The translations under genes were made by a program, and so were the position numbers. A stretch of DNA of 63,997 nucleotides, the filler included, from Dimargaris cristalligena (lineage: Eukaryota), in the NCBI GenBank assembly GCA_003614675.1. It is 16 parts of 16 records of this genome, joined end to end, with 100 filler letters (N's around TTAATTAATTAA, not from the genome) between each part and the next. Parts side by side here need not be neighbours in the genome. Positions count along the whole stretch, not along the records: positions 20,335 to 24,285 come from ML003853.1; positions 24,386 to 28,338 come from ML003854.1; positions 28,439 to 32,390 come from ML003855.1; positions 32,491 to 36,439 come from ML003856.1; 12 more parts are not named here. One strand, given 5' to 3'. The notes beneath the pieces were generated by a model. That model did not search any database. It saw only the letters and a program-made list of their open reading frames with translations, and was not told the DNA's origin. Below are positions 22,290-35,017 of this stretch, one piece after another. Each line of letters starts with the position of its first letter. Within the stretch, counting starts at the first letter, position 1.

Positions 22290-24385
22290 ATATGATAGCT
22301 TTGAAAAAATAGCATATAACGTGGTAGACATGTGCCCAGATATATAAATTGTACCCCGGAGGGCGTGGCGGGCTCGCAAAATGCAACATGCCGTCTTGCA
22401 CCTATTCTCGTGTTTTGATTGATAATATTCCTAAAGACTACTCACCAACAAATGGACATGTACTATATTGATCGAGCATGAGAGTTCTCAGCTAACAGCT
22501 ATAGGGGGTGGAATGAGACCGCCGTGATATCCTCAAAAGGTTACTCATGTAACATAGCTCCACCTTAAATGGACTTGAGTGGGGGTCTGTAGCTCCATTT
22601 TGGTTTCACAGCAGGGGTATTTGGAATTAAATTGGAAGGGACAGTGTGTGAACAACTTATACATGAGAAGGACAATGAGGCCGGCTAATCCGACTTACCC
22701 CTACCTTCCGCAGATACAATATATTTACATACTATTGACCCCCTGGTCCGTGGGTATATTATGTTTTTAGTTATGGTCGAGGCGGTCCTTCTTCAACCTG
22801 TAGCATTGCGACGCCTCCTGCATTTTACATACCCAGTACTACTCAAGTATGCGCAACGTGAAGCACTCCACCCAGTTGACCCTCGTGAGGGATATGGATA
22901 TTTTTAAACGGGTTTATGGATGTACTTCGTCATAAATGAAGTAATTTGGCTAAGCTATTTACATTATAGGGCAATGTTCTAGTAAATGTTAGAATGTCTA
23001 CGTCTAGAAAGATAATCTTTCAGAGATCACTCAATAAAGTGGTAAAATGTGCTTTATAGATTATGATCGGGATGGCCATCCAATATAAGGGATAGGTTAA
23101 CTAGTAGATGAATATGGGGTGCGATATTGTAACTGGAGAACAACTGTAGGAGTTGGCTCGGGTTTGTATAACTGTACAGCCTAAGAGTATGGGCGAAAAA
23201 CTCCCCAGAATTTGCCGGAACTGACTAGCTGTGAAAATAATTAAGAGTATATAGCCATTGTAGATATATAATCGATGGATAGGGAGGCCGGGAAGGCTGA
23301 AAGGTGGTAGCACCATTGGGGATTACATTACCATGTCCTATTGATGAAATTAAGCGGTACTACATCTTAATCCCTGATAATGGTCCGGATTTAATCCTGC
23401 TGATCATATAGCATGGCGGGCATTATGGCCAGAATAGTCAGAGGCAGTCATCCCAATACGGAGACGATGCGGTTATAGGAACCCACTACCCCCCCCCCCA
23501 ATAGATGGGCTCTATTGCCGCCCGCTAAAGCCTAACCGCAAGGCTATAGTATGTTTAAAGGGAGGCTGGATAGAGCTAAGTGAAACAACAGTTACTCACA
23601 ACGTATTAGCAAAGCAGCTTGCCCTAAGAAATGGAGATGGCGAATCCCCATTAAGAAAATGCAGCACATGGTGCGAAGATTAACGTAACCTACTCGTACT
23701 CCCCTAATCCTCTTTCACCCCATCCGAACGGGAAACATTAATGTGCTTATTGCAATACCAAAAAGAATACAATTGGGGTTTCCGAACAAGTCCCGTGTGT
23801 CAGTCACGGCTTTAGCAGTTCCGATTTAAGGATCAGTTCCGCTGGGAACTCTGACCAATATGTGTATACATTAATACATGTTACACACAGCTGTAGAGTA
23901 CTATTGTCAAAAATCTTACACATCGGAAACGGATATTATAATGGATACGGACTGCATGGCTACCTACAATTATCTCTTCAAGTATCCTCAATTTCCAGTG
24001 GCGCCCAAATCACACAACGCGTCGAAGAGTACTCTTATTGAGCACCCCAGTTTAGCTTCATGATAAAGTTTGAATCAGTCCCTCAACTAACTGAATGCTG
24101 GGGGAGCAGGGAGTGGTGGTCGGAAGTGACATCCCTACATGGTCTGACCCTTTCTCTCCTCCCACTTTCGCCCCGGCTAATATAAATAATCGCTGATCCT
24201 GGTGCTAAAAACGGTATCCACTTTAACTTAGTTCATTACCACCACTTACTAAACAGCCAAGCAGTCGGGTTTATATTTCGCTGCTNNNNNNNNNNNNNNN
24301 NNNNNNNNNNNNNNNNNNNNNNNNNNNNNTTAATTAATTAANNNNNNNNNNNNNNNNNNNNNNNNNNNNNNNNNNNNNNNNNNNN

Positions 24386-24620
24386 CGGGTCAGGGTGACA
24401 TGACTGCCGGTACGGAGATTGACAAACTCGCGCTGGTGGCAAGTTACAAACTTGCTGTGGTGCTGCCATACGACTTCCTCGGTTTCGGCTAGCTCAAGGC
24501 GCTTCTGGAAGCCGAGCATGCCCGAAAGTCGGCGGTAGATGATTTCCCCGTTTTCGTCAACGACGTTCTTGTCCCGCGACATTAGTCTCGGGCGCTGAAT
24601 TAGATACCGAATCACTTGTT
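24386..24620 (-). CDS. Exon of a possible tubby-C-terminal/LURP-one-like protein, truncated by the contig end
   Basis: Acceptor TTTAAC..CAATAG, then VIRYLIQRPRLMSRDKNVVDENGEIIY...LELAETEEVVWQ. The family resemblance is by eye only. Confidence 0.35.
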
Positions 24621-25761
24621 CTATTGGTTAAACGGTAATATCGGAAATAAACAGGTATAATTGGCCATTAATCGGACATGTTATAATGCAGTGTAAATAG
24701 GAAAAATAAAATATAGCGGGTCCTTGTTTAGACACCCCATTAAGACTATAATAATTGACGGACCCCTTAAATAGGGCCACGTGGAAATGTTGGACTTGGC
24801 GCTTCATTTCAGGCACCGTATTTTGCAGATGCAAATGAAGCAAGGGGGGCATCAAATTATACTTACTATTGCCCATGGTATCGGTGTGACGAAAGCTTGA
24901 CGCGAGCCTGGCTAGTCGATGGTTAAGATTAAACAGAAGGAACGGTATGTACTTAGATAGTAGAAGGTCGGATATAATAGTAATGGAACAGAGAGGGTAA
25001 TTAACGAGCTGGCCATCCATTCGGTTGGCCCAGGTATTTATAACTCCGCGCAGTTTTAGCGCAAGGTGGCCAGTGCCAAGAAATGGCCAAATTAAGCAGG
25101 AGGCGCGCATCCTTGGGTCATTCACGGCTAGGTAGGTCACAGTACAACCAAAGAACACCCCATACTATTTAGGTGAAGGTCCCACCTATGGAACTATCTC
25201 CCATTTTTCTTGCCATTGTATTCTCTGTGAGTAGACTGATAAAGCATTGGGAATGCAAAGTGCCAAAGTGACCATGCCCTCGTACTGCGGCAGTCCTTCA
25301 CTCACACAGATTATCCTTAAAATACGGCACTATGACATATCTACCACAACCATAATCAACCTATTGAATCGTCAGCGGACATAAACTATGAACTTTCAAT
25401 CCGCAATTGAAGTTTAACAAAGGTGGTGAGAGTTCTTTTTAGAACGGGAAGCCTGCAATATTCAATAGACGTGAGAGGGATACAAAGAGCCCAACAACCA
25501 CCCCGATAGTAGTTAGGTAGGTATGGGGTGCTATATTATGGATGGCTTCCATTTTATAGGGCTGGCGCCAGAAATTTCTTGGCAAGGAATCAGACAAATA
25601 GGGTGTATAAAAATATCAGACTGAATCTCGCTAGGTACATGTGGTAGCGAGTCATCGTAGTCTATAAGGGCAGGGTATTATAATATTTATCGAGTACCAG
25701 GGTCTTGGGAATGTTCTCTACAAGATAAATTCTGCCTAACTATATACGTCCAAGTACATAT

Positions 25762-25897
25762 GGCAGAAGTTCATCTAGGCTGTATAAGGTTTTACTAAAT
25801 ACGTGTATGGGTGTATATATGTGAGAAAAGCTTTTAACCAGTAATATTGGCCTCATCCAATAGATTTATCATTATACAGCCTGAATGAACTTCTCCC
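25762..25897. mobile_element. MITE, best-preserved copy (136 bp, ~26-bp imperfect TIRs)
   Basis: GGCAGAAGTTCATCTAGGCTGTATAA ... TTATACAGCCTGAATGAACTTCTCCC, flanked by ATAT on both sides. Confidence 0.85.
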
Positions 25898-27518
25898 ATA
25901 TGACAAGTGCCCGTGAGGGTGGGGTTCTATTGAATACAAAGCAAGGTGCTAATAGGCTATAGCCTAGATAGAGTTTTGTCAATTTGCCAGGCATATGGCT
26001 CCCCCCCACCAAGCATATGCTACGACGGGGGTACTAGATGCTTAGGCATATGGTTACCATCATACTGTAATGACCCGCCCAGCCAATAAAATGGTTAGTG
26101 TAACAGCCAGCAGAATGGGAAGATGCACCCTCATTGGCTGTTGTCAAAACTAACAGCCCCCACCAACTTATCTCCCCATAGTTCTGTGTGGTTCCTTCCT
26201 ATATTATTACTATGTAATAAATCATTTATACTCTAACCCAGCTGACTCTTATTGGAATGCAGCACTAAATAACTGCTTGTTAATGGGATTCACTTGTAAA
26301 ATATATTTTTTAATTGCACTAGAATAACACTAAAGATTCTGCAATTACCTAAGGGCTATATTGGTAAATATACCCCAGGTTCAAAAATATCAGATTTGGT
26401 CTTATGTAATGTATAATGAAATATCAATCAATAGGCTTGTACCAGCTGTCAGTAGCATGGTAAAACTTTATAATGTGCATAAAAGAACCCGAGAGGACTA
26501 CTCAGGGCAGCTCTATTTAGACCCCTAAACTCTTATCGAAATTGGCGAGAATGGGTAATGCACTATAAAAAAATCAGTAGGGAGTAGTTCTTAAACAAAA
26601 TTATTATCTTTCTCGCCTTGAACAATTTATTTCTAACACTTGGCGCCAGTACTGAAGAGCCTATTCATATATTCGAATTGGCGATTGAACTTCTCTAATC
26701 CCCTCTTAATGTTATCACAATAAGCTAGTTATTTTAGGTTCATTGGCCTTAAAACTGCTTAATGAACCAGGTAATATGATATTTTCGTACAATGAATTAG
26801 AAAGGGGGGGTGTCTTACACCTGTGCCACTGGAAGTGTACAGCTAGGAAGTCCACATAATAATCCAAAATTACTTAAAATACTTTTATAATTGGTTTTGA
26901 CTGAGCATATCATCAACGAAACAACTTACTGGTCCCCCACGATTGTATCTTGCTCAGGAGATTAGATTATTTAATTAATGTCGTTCTTGTAGATTATCTG
27001 CTTACCAAAGCAACATAGGCGAGCCCCATGGTTCATATTTACCCTTCCAAATAACAGTTCGCCTCCAAATACTGGGGCATGGCTCTATATACCAGTCAAC
27101 CCAGGCATAAATTTGATTAACAGAAGCCGACCGCCTAGACCATAGGTGGCCCGAATAAGGCTATATAATTATTTAGTCAATTGTTCCCAGTCGCAGCCTA
27201 AAGTCTTTCAAGCTGACCAGAGGCCTATGAAATGACAGCTTCTTTCATTTGCCGAGTCGTATTTGCATGAGAAGCTCAATGCACCAAAAGGCCAATACCG
27301 ACGACACGAACTGTACCGTCGTGTAACATTAGCATTAAGTTTAACGACCACTGCATTAAGGCCATTCACCGGGTTCATCAACATGCCATTACTATCCTAA
27401 ATTGAATGAGAAGTCGAACACAGAGACGCCACTGTTTCTCCCTCAAAAAGCTCTGTATTCTTTTAACATCTAGATAAATTCACTAACTGCTGCATCTGTC
27501 CAACATGGTTGATAATGT

Positions 27519-27652
27519 GTGAGAGGTTCAACCCGACTGTAACGAAAATCACGTTGAGTGAGGCTAATTCTATTGGTTAAAACCGAACCTCCCATATCTT
27601 TTTACATACACTTATCATTTAAACCCTTAAACAGCTGGGCGGAATTTCACCC
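27519..27652. mobile_element. MITE copy, diverged
   Basis: Colinear with 22151-22289; flanks ATGT and ATAT. Confidence 0.65.
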
Positions 27653-28438
27653 ATATCATTCACATTATAGGAAATACCCGTAACACTTAGCCATTGTCAC
27701 CCCCACTAATATTTCCAAATCCCAGAATATATAGAGAAAGCTGTCCCGTTGCGAGGGATAAAACTCACCATGTGGTTGGGTGTCGCTGCACCCCCAATTT
27801 CTATCGACAGATACTTTCGTCCAACTTATGTACCTTGTACGTGTGTCAGGTCTTGGGATTCGACCACAGCCGAAAGGTTCGTTGAAATATAAAAAAAAAA
27901 TGGCTTTAATATCATATGGGAGCTATACCGCAATTGAACCATATCGCCGTGTCAACAAGGCAGACCTGAACTAATGGGCTTACCGAGGAGCATCGCATAA
28001 CAACGCCTATGTCATAGACGGAAGCGATATTTATTTCACCCACCTGCAATGGTTACACGCGGTGATGCTACTACGGGATCAAACCGGTATGGTTTCCCCT
28101 TACTATTGAGTGAGGGCAGGATTCATATATATGTCACCGCCAATAAGCATCACATAACATGGCTTGCCGATAATATCTACAACGGCAGCTTAAAACCTAA
28201 AGAGTTACACAGTTTGAAAGGCAGCATCATCCCCACCCATGTCCAGGGCGGCCCAATGACTTATCAATGATGGGGCCTAGGTGCAACTGAGAAGAGCAAC
28301 CGAACGCTTGGCCTCAACTTAAACCCTAGACAATAGTGNNNNNNNNNNNNNNNNNNNNNNNNNNNNNNNNNNNNNNNNNNNNTTAATTAATTAANNNNNN
28401 NNNNNNNNNNNNNNNNNNNNNNNNNNNNNNNNNNNNNN

Positions 28439-30467
28439 CTAAACCACCCACATATAGATTAGAGGCGATTCCAGTGCCACCCGAAATGACAACAGAGCCT
28501 GTAGAAGTGCTAGTGCTTTGTTCAGTATTGGAGAATGTGACTGGACTAGAACCTGTCGTCGAAATGGTACCAGAAACGACTAAATTTCCACCTATGGTGG
28601 TATTGCTACCAACAAAGAGACTTTTCGCGATGCTTTGGCCACCATAAACTTGGAATGAGCCTGTAGATGCACTAGTTGAATCGTCAGTTTGGAAAACGGT
28701 AACATGACCTGTCCTCTTGTTTACGTTGAAAGTGACATAAGGGGCGATGATACTTGGAGAGGTCTGATTGTTTGTACGGAAATTGAAATCGGTTGCGTTA
28801 GTTTCGAATTCGCCGGAAGTGGACCCGGGTGTGCTTCTGATACTGACGTGAGAGCCGAGGGCGGAATTGATGTGAACATTGTTTCCATTGCTAGTCCAGG
28901 ATCCATTTTGAACAAACAAACTGGATCCAATCCAAACGGATTTAGCGACGCCAACTCCTCCCGCAACAGTCAGAGTACCAGTAGAAGAAGACGCGGTTTC
29001 TGTAGTTCCAAGGATTTGAACACTTTGGGTGGAGTCCCAAGTCAAAGCCACCAATTGTGATCCTGTTGTTGTCCCAAGTGCACCCCCGTTCGCACCAAAC
29101 AAGAGCGGACCTCCTGTGCTGGAAGTTGCTGAATAAACCAACCCACTGCTTTGGTCATTGGAATTTCCGAGGAAAAGATTGTTGTCATTAATCCAGACGT
29201 TTGAAGAAAAGTTGGTAATTCCAGTGAAATTTGATGCTCCGAGAACGTTGAGGACTCCGGCTATTCCAACACCACCGGAAACGACTAATGCACCAGTCGA
29301 AGAGCTGGTGGATGCTGTGGTTGTGTCAATGGTGACGTCGGTGGCGTTTATGGTCATGATGGAGACTTGAGACCCTGGAGGTGAAAATTTCAAGGGATTC
29401 CAAACGTTGGTCGTTCTAGCAAGATCGCTAGATTGAATCCAATTGGCAGAATTCGAGCATGTAAGAAGTCGAAAATTTCCAATGTTGGATGATACCCCCG
29501 CAACACTGGCGACATCAAGATAACCACCCACGAACGCATTTTTAGCGATACCAACGCCACCAGCGGTCTGAATGCTTCCCGTTGCAGTCGAAGTGGATTG
29601 AGCCGTATTTGTAAAAATAGCACTGCCGATGGTCAAGGTTTGGGTGTTTGGAGAATTGATGTTGCCACCTACATTCAACGTCAAGGCCACTGAAGCACCG
29701 CCTGCAACAGTCAAAGAACCACTGCCGACAGAAGTGGAGTCGCCGGTAGTCAACACCTGCAAACCTGCAGTGTTCACATTTACGGACCCGGAAACGTTGA
29801 AATTGGAAGTCGAAGAGCTGTTTACGTAAACATTGTGAACACCATTTTGATTGATGTAAAGATCGTTGGTAGGGCTGTTCAAAGATGTCAGTCCATTTGT
29901 GGGATTCGAGTTCAAAATCAAATTCCCTGCCAGGAAGATTGCACCGATTCCACTGCGTATATTTCCAGCGACACCTATACCTCCAGCAACGGTAAGTGCT
30001 CCATTGGTGTAAACTGTTGATTGGGTTGTGTCAGTGATCGTAACTGGACTCGAAAACGTTGATGTTCCCGAAACGGCCAATGTTGAATTCAAGGTGGTTG
30101 AACCAGTAACATTGAGAATGCCTCCCAAGTAAGTGGAAAGGGATACACCTAGGCCACCCTTGACTTGAAGGGAACCGGTGTTGGAGTTGGTTGCGTCTGT
30201 TACATTTGAGATCAAGATTCCAGTACTGAAAGTAGAAAGACCGTTGAAAGTAGAGGCAGCGTTGAATGTGGACGAATCCGCGACCGTGAACGTGGAAGAC
30301 AATGCAGTATTGCCGAGAACACCTAACGTTCCCTGAATATTAGTCGATGAACCAGCCAGCAGAGATGTTCCTGCAACCACGAGATTTCCATATCCTGAAG
30401 AGTTTACATCGTAACCGGGAACTACTGTCAAATTACCATAAGTGATTGTTCCTAAATTTGTAGCCAT
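28439..30467 (-). CDS. Virus fibre/tail-fibre-like repeat protein (>676 aa, 3'-truncated)
   Basis: Intronless, G/S/T/N/V-rich ORF with eight copies of a STS.STG(A/S)L.V.GG.G(I/V)A..L.VGG unit, a repeat type I recognise from large dsDNA virus and phage fibre proteins. No signal peptide. Confidence 0.7.
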
Positions 30468-30720
30468 AGAAAATTTCCCAGTTTAACTTATACAGAGAAA
30501 AAAAATGATCAATTTGTTGAACGGTATTAGTCAAAGAAATCAACTTGACTCCTTATCTCCACTCGACATGTCACGTAAGCGACAAATATGATTATTTTGG
30601 ATGTATTTTTATGGTTCTTCATGAGAAACGCTTTCATGTCTTATTTTGGCATTCTATTAAATGGTTCAGCAATATTTGTTTTTCAACGCAATACGGAAAT
30701 TACAGAAACGAAAAAATATG

Positions 30721-30777
30721 CATAGTTGGCAGAGTTGGCATAGTTGGTAGAGTTGGCATAGTTGGTATAGTTGGCAT
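30721..30777. repeat. 9-bp tandem repeat (C/T)A(T/G)AGTTGG, ~6 units
   Basis: CATAGTTGG CAGAGTTGG CATAGTTGG TAGAGTTGG CATAGTTGG TATAGTTGG CAT. Confidence 0.9.
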
Positions 30778-31106
30778 GGTAATATGTTGGCATTCGGAAT
30801 CATGTTTATCGATAAAGTTCCTTTTTAGTCATCTTGTTTGTGAATTGTTTTTGATTAAACAAATATCGTTATGGATTTGTAAAAATGTTTATCGATAAAT
30901 AAGAAGTTTTCCAAAGTTTTCCATAAATGTCCAATAGAAGTGTTGAGTGAAAACCGGGTTCGCACTTGACAGTTTTTGAATAATCTATCGATAAAGAGAT
31001 ATAAAGAGATATAAAAAAATCAAATACAGTTCAATTGATGTTCATCTTATTCGAATTTTGAAATGATGTTTTCAGTTATATCTATCGATAACCAGTGATT
31101 TCATTT

Positions 31107-31571
31107 TTACTCTCCCATGAACATGTCTTTAGGGAAAAATCTCATTTGGGATCTCTCATTCTTCATCTTTAACGTCAAATCCCCTTCACATCGCAGCAGT
31201 CGAATGAAGGTTTCCCCATCGAGAGCAACATGATCTATATCGATTGCATCGATGCGATCTGAATTGTGACAAAATGTTCCTCCCAGTTCTTCTCCGTTAT
31301 TATTTGAAAAAAATGTAGTCTCGTGCCACGATTCTTCCCAATCTTCACGAGTCAATCCTTCCAAGGGCTGTACGTCTCTGAGATGTAAACATTTTTCACA
31401 AAAATCATTCTGCATCTTTTTCATCAATATGCATTTTTCGTTTACAAAAATACCAATATTGTTGCCATATGCATATCCCCATATGTTGCTGTCTTCGTTT
31501 CCTTGATCGGCAGAATAATAATGACAATTTCCTTCCTTACATTTCCACTCTATAATGCATCCTTGGTTCAT
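31107..31571 (-). CDS. Hypothetical 154-aa Cys/acidic protein in virus-like context
   Basis: Intronless AT-rich ORF. It is in frame with an upstream 48-aa ORF (31721-31575), separated only by TAG TTT. Confidence 0.55.
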   Translation of the reverse strand: MNQGCIIEWKCKEGNCHYYSADQGNEDSNIWGYAYGNNIGIFVNEKCILMKKMQNDFCEKCLHLRDVQPLEGLTREDWEESWHETTFFSNNNGEELGGTFCHNSDRIDAIDIDHVALDGETFIRLLRCEGDLTLKMKNERSQMRFFPKDMFMGE

Positions 31572-31574
31572 AAA

Positions 31575-31721
31575 CTATCCCAGTTTGATTTGAATTGTCT
31601 TCAAAAAATCCTCGATTTCATTTCTTGACATTTTAAGAATTCTTTCAATTTCATCATTGTCAACTTTGACATTGCTCAGGTTTATGTGTCCAAAAGAAAA
31701 TTCTTGAATTTCGCTTGACAT
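31575..31721 (-). CDS. 48-aa ORF MSSEIQEFSFGHINLSNVKVDNDEIERILKMSRNEIEDFLKTIQIKLG; possibly the N-terminus of the next ORF
   Basis: ATG at 31721, TAG at 31577-31575; protein-like composition; not listed in the ORF track. Confidence 0.45.
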   Translation of the reverse strand: MSSEIQEFSFGHINLSNVKVDNDEIERILKMSRNEIEDFLKTIQIKLG

Positions 31722-32269
31722 GTCTACCGCTTAAAATTTGTCATAATTATACTTTTATGTACAATATTTCATCCAGATTGATTTATCTGAACATTTATCG
31801 ATAAATGGATTTGAAATGTTTACTTTTCATAATCATCATCTTCATCAAATATCAAATATCAAATATCAAATATGAAATACCAAATAACAATGTTGTTTCA
31901 ATTTTATCTATCGATAAATGAAATTAAAAAATTCACATACATTTTGTAATTATCTGGAAGCAAAAAAACTATTTTTTGTGGAATGACCAAAAATGTCTAA
32001 TAGACATTTTTAAGGAGTACCCGGGTGGCAGTAAAAGAAAAGTAAAGATTCTTTTCTCCACAGGTAATCTGTGCAAAATGAATTAAGAAGTATTGGTAAC
32101 GTCATCTATTCGTGTTTGCTAACTATCACTATTACAATTGTATATAGGCATCAGTATTGTGGACGGTTGCAGTGTTGGTGTCAGAAGTCGTGAAAGTCAG
32201 AGCAATACGAGTCTGGAATTCCAGGTATTCTGTAAAAATGCCATTAATGGATATTAAATGTGATTGTAT

Positions 32270-32385
32270 AATGTTGAAAGAATTTGCAATGGGATGGTGA
32301 TTCTAGAATGTTGAAAGAATTCGCAATGGGATTGTGAATGTATATGATTGATTGTAAAATGTTGAAAGAATTTGCAACGGGATTG
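32270..32385. repeat. Three direct copies of AATGTTGAAAGAATT(T/C)GCAA(T/C)GGGAT
   Basis: Copies at ~32270, ~32307 and ~32358, near the contig end. Confidence 0.85.
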
Positions 32386-35017
32386 TAAGTNNNNNNNNNN
32401 NNNNNNNNNNNNNNNNNNNNNNNNNNNNNNNNNNTTAATTAATTAANNNNNNNNNNNNNNNNNNNNNNNNNNNNNNNNNNNNNNNNNNNNGCGAAAAATA
32501 GATAAAAAATAAAAGTAGGTAAAAAATGTGGTAAGTTCACCACAGCCTGGTTAAAGTACTCCCATATGTTTGTATATAAGAGTAACTTTCTTTTCTCTAT
32601 TTTTCTGTGTGTCAATTTCTTTAGTTTAAATTTTAGTATCAATTTTGTGTATCTTTTCTTTTATAATAAAATTAATCTTTATTACTACTCTGGTTATTAG
32701 GATTCTGTACTTCAAGCTGTGGTTACCAAGGAATGACCCTTTGAGCTTCCAAATAAGTATTTTTTATATTAGATTACTTCAGTTAAAAATTTTATACAGT
32801 TAGGTGTATAATTATTTTTATTTGAGTGATAAACCAGTTTGCCTGGAGAAGCCACCCTGCCCTTTTGATATATTTTTGTTATTCATTTTAGTGGCCTGAT
32901 ACCACCATACTGTGACACCATAACCCAGCTCTACAATAAATGATGGGAAGTATTACCCACTAACTTGAATATAATCTATCTGGTTTCCACTTCATCCCAA
33001 GGATAAAGAGATAGTATATTTACTTTGAAGGCCCAGTAACTTAATACCTGCCACCTTTCATATCATTATCCCCTTGGTACCAGTGAATATAGATTGCATT
33101 TGGATTAGTCTGTACCCCCCAACTGGCTTAGTAGCTACTATTCAATAGTAGCCTCCCTAACTCACCCAACTGGGCTTGGTGTCACATTTTTAATTTATGA
33201 GTAATAAGAATTGCCACAGTTAACTGGGGCTTGGGTAAGGTAAGTATTCCCCTTCCTTGCATGTTTAATGGATTGGTCCAGTATCTACTAACTATCAGAT
33301 TTACACAGCCACATGAGCAAAAAACAAATCAAGCAGACCCTAGACAGCAGTTGTTTATGGTTTGACAGGCAGCAGGAAAAGTAGCCTAGAGGATAGGATG
33401 TGCTCCTTAATAGTGGTTGAAACTTAAATACCACTAGTCTTATAAATGCCCTACCCTACACACTACCAAATGGTTCACAGGAAAAACACCATTACCCTCT
33501 CCAGTTTTTTATAATATAAAATTCCTAAAGAGCAATAGTTGTGGCATGTATTTAGATATACCCCGTTTCACTACTGCCCCCTCTTAATCTAGGCCGCATC
33601 AAGCTATCTAGTCATATGTATAGTTTTTCCCTATTCCCTTCCCTCAATTTGTATTTTGTTTAAAGTAGTGCCCCTGGTCATTTCAGGATCATCCACCCTA
33701 TTACTATATTGGGTGACTCTTCCTCCGACCACCGCCCTCCTATTGCCTCCCCAATGCAAAGTATAGGCCAATTTGAATGTAAATCCTGTGGCCTTCACGG
33801 AGTTCGAAATAGGCCTTTGAAATACTCCCCTTAATCCCTATAGTGTCTTTTTATTGTATTCAAAAAAAAATGGCGGAGGGGGGGAATTCAATTGGTATCT
33901 ATAATAACCCTCCTCCCCCTAGCAACAACTAAATTCCTGCGTTTTTCGGGTAGTTCTTTTTTATTTTTTCATTATAAATCGGACATCACTACCGCAGTAC
34001 ATGCCACCCGACGTCCGGGCATTCTTCACATCGAGCTTCCGAACAGCTACCCTCATTTTTTAAGTCTCCCTCCTTCAATCGGAACAGCGCCGGTATTATT
34101 TCAACCGGTGCATTATTTTGTCTAAAAACTAAGCATGCCTCGAGGCCCATACTGAAAGTCTGATATGTGTGGTTTATGGTTTTTTTCATGAATGTCGTTA
34201 GAAAAAGGGCAGTGATTTTAGTATGGATAAATTAAAAGAATACCTCGATATTCACACATGCCATTTCAATACCGTTGATTATTAAGGTTCTTTTAATTAT
34301 ACCGCATTTGCGCTGTTCAGTAGAAGGGAGTGGGGGTGAGGGTTGAATGATACCCATATTGGGATGGAAGAAGGCTTAAGAGCAAACATGATTAGTTAAG
34401 CTGGAGTAAATTTTAATGGCAGTGTTACAGCTGTCTATCAATCTCTTTAGATATTGAGAAACGCGTTTTGGTCTACTAAAATTGTCACCGTCTGCTCGTG
34501 ATATTGTACATCACCGGTACTACCAATGGTGCAAGCCCTGGTTTTTTTTAACCAGTGCTTCCAATGTCATTGTATCCGGGGGCTTTCCAATATGCAATGC
34601 TAGGTATGAGATGTGTGCCCCTCGAACACTCAGATACGTGCTCACCAGTGACTCACCAACAAGAAGTATTGTACCCTATTGTCACAATAGGTCATGGTAT
34701 CGATATATACAACGACTACTACCCTATAGGCATGCGACTTGAAGAAATAATATACTGAAAAAACGTGTAATATCCAATCCACCAATATATGCTGAAATAT
34801 TGAAACACGACTTTATACGTCGCACTGAGGGAGAGCCTTATATTATACTAATTTATTGAAAGAATCCCAGCGTCGGATCACTTACACAGGTTGGTCAGCA
34901 GTGGGGCCAAATAGTTTTTTAATATGACCCTGTACTCTTTGACCATACTACCGAACGGGGGAGGGAGATGGGTTGTTGCTCTTGGTGAATAGTACTGCGA
35001 ATGACAAGTTTATTAAA

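Larger units (their letters stand above)
30807..31916. promoter_or_regulatory. Six intergenic copies of the palindrome TATCGATA (usually followed by AA)
   Basis: Exact copies at 30807, 30890, 30986, 31083, 31796 and 31909, all outside the main ORFs. Regulatory function is inferred. Confidence 0.5.

Noticed and set aside
30545..30898. 117-aa plus-strand ORF containing VGRVGI repeats
   Set aside because: Non-ATG start, and the repeat is simply the translation of the 9-bp tandem array. Treated as intergenic.
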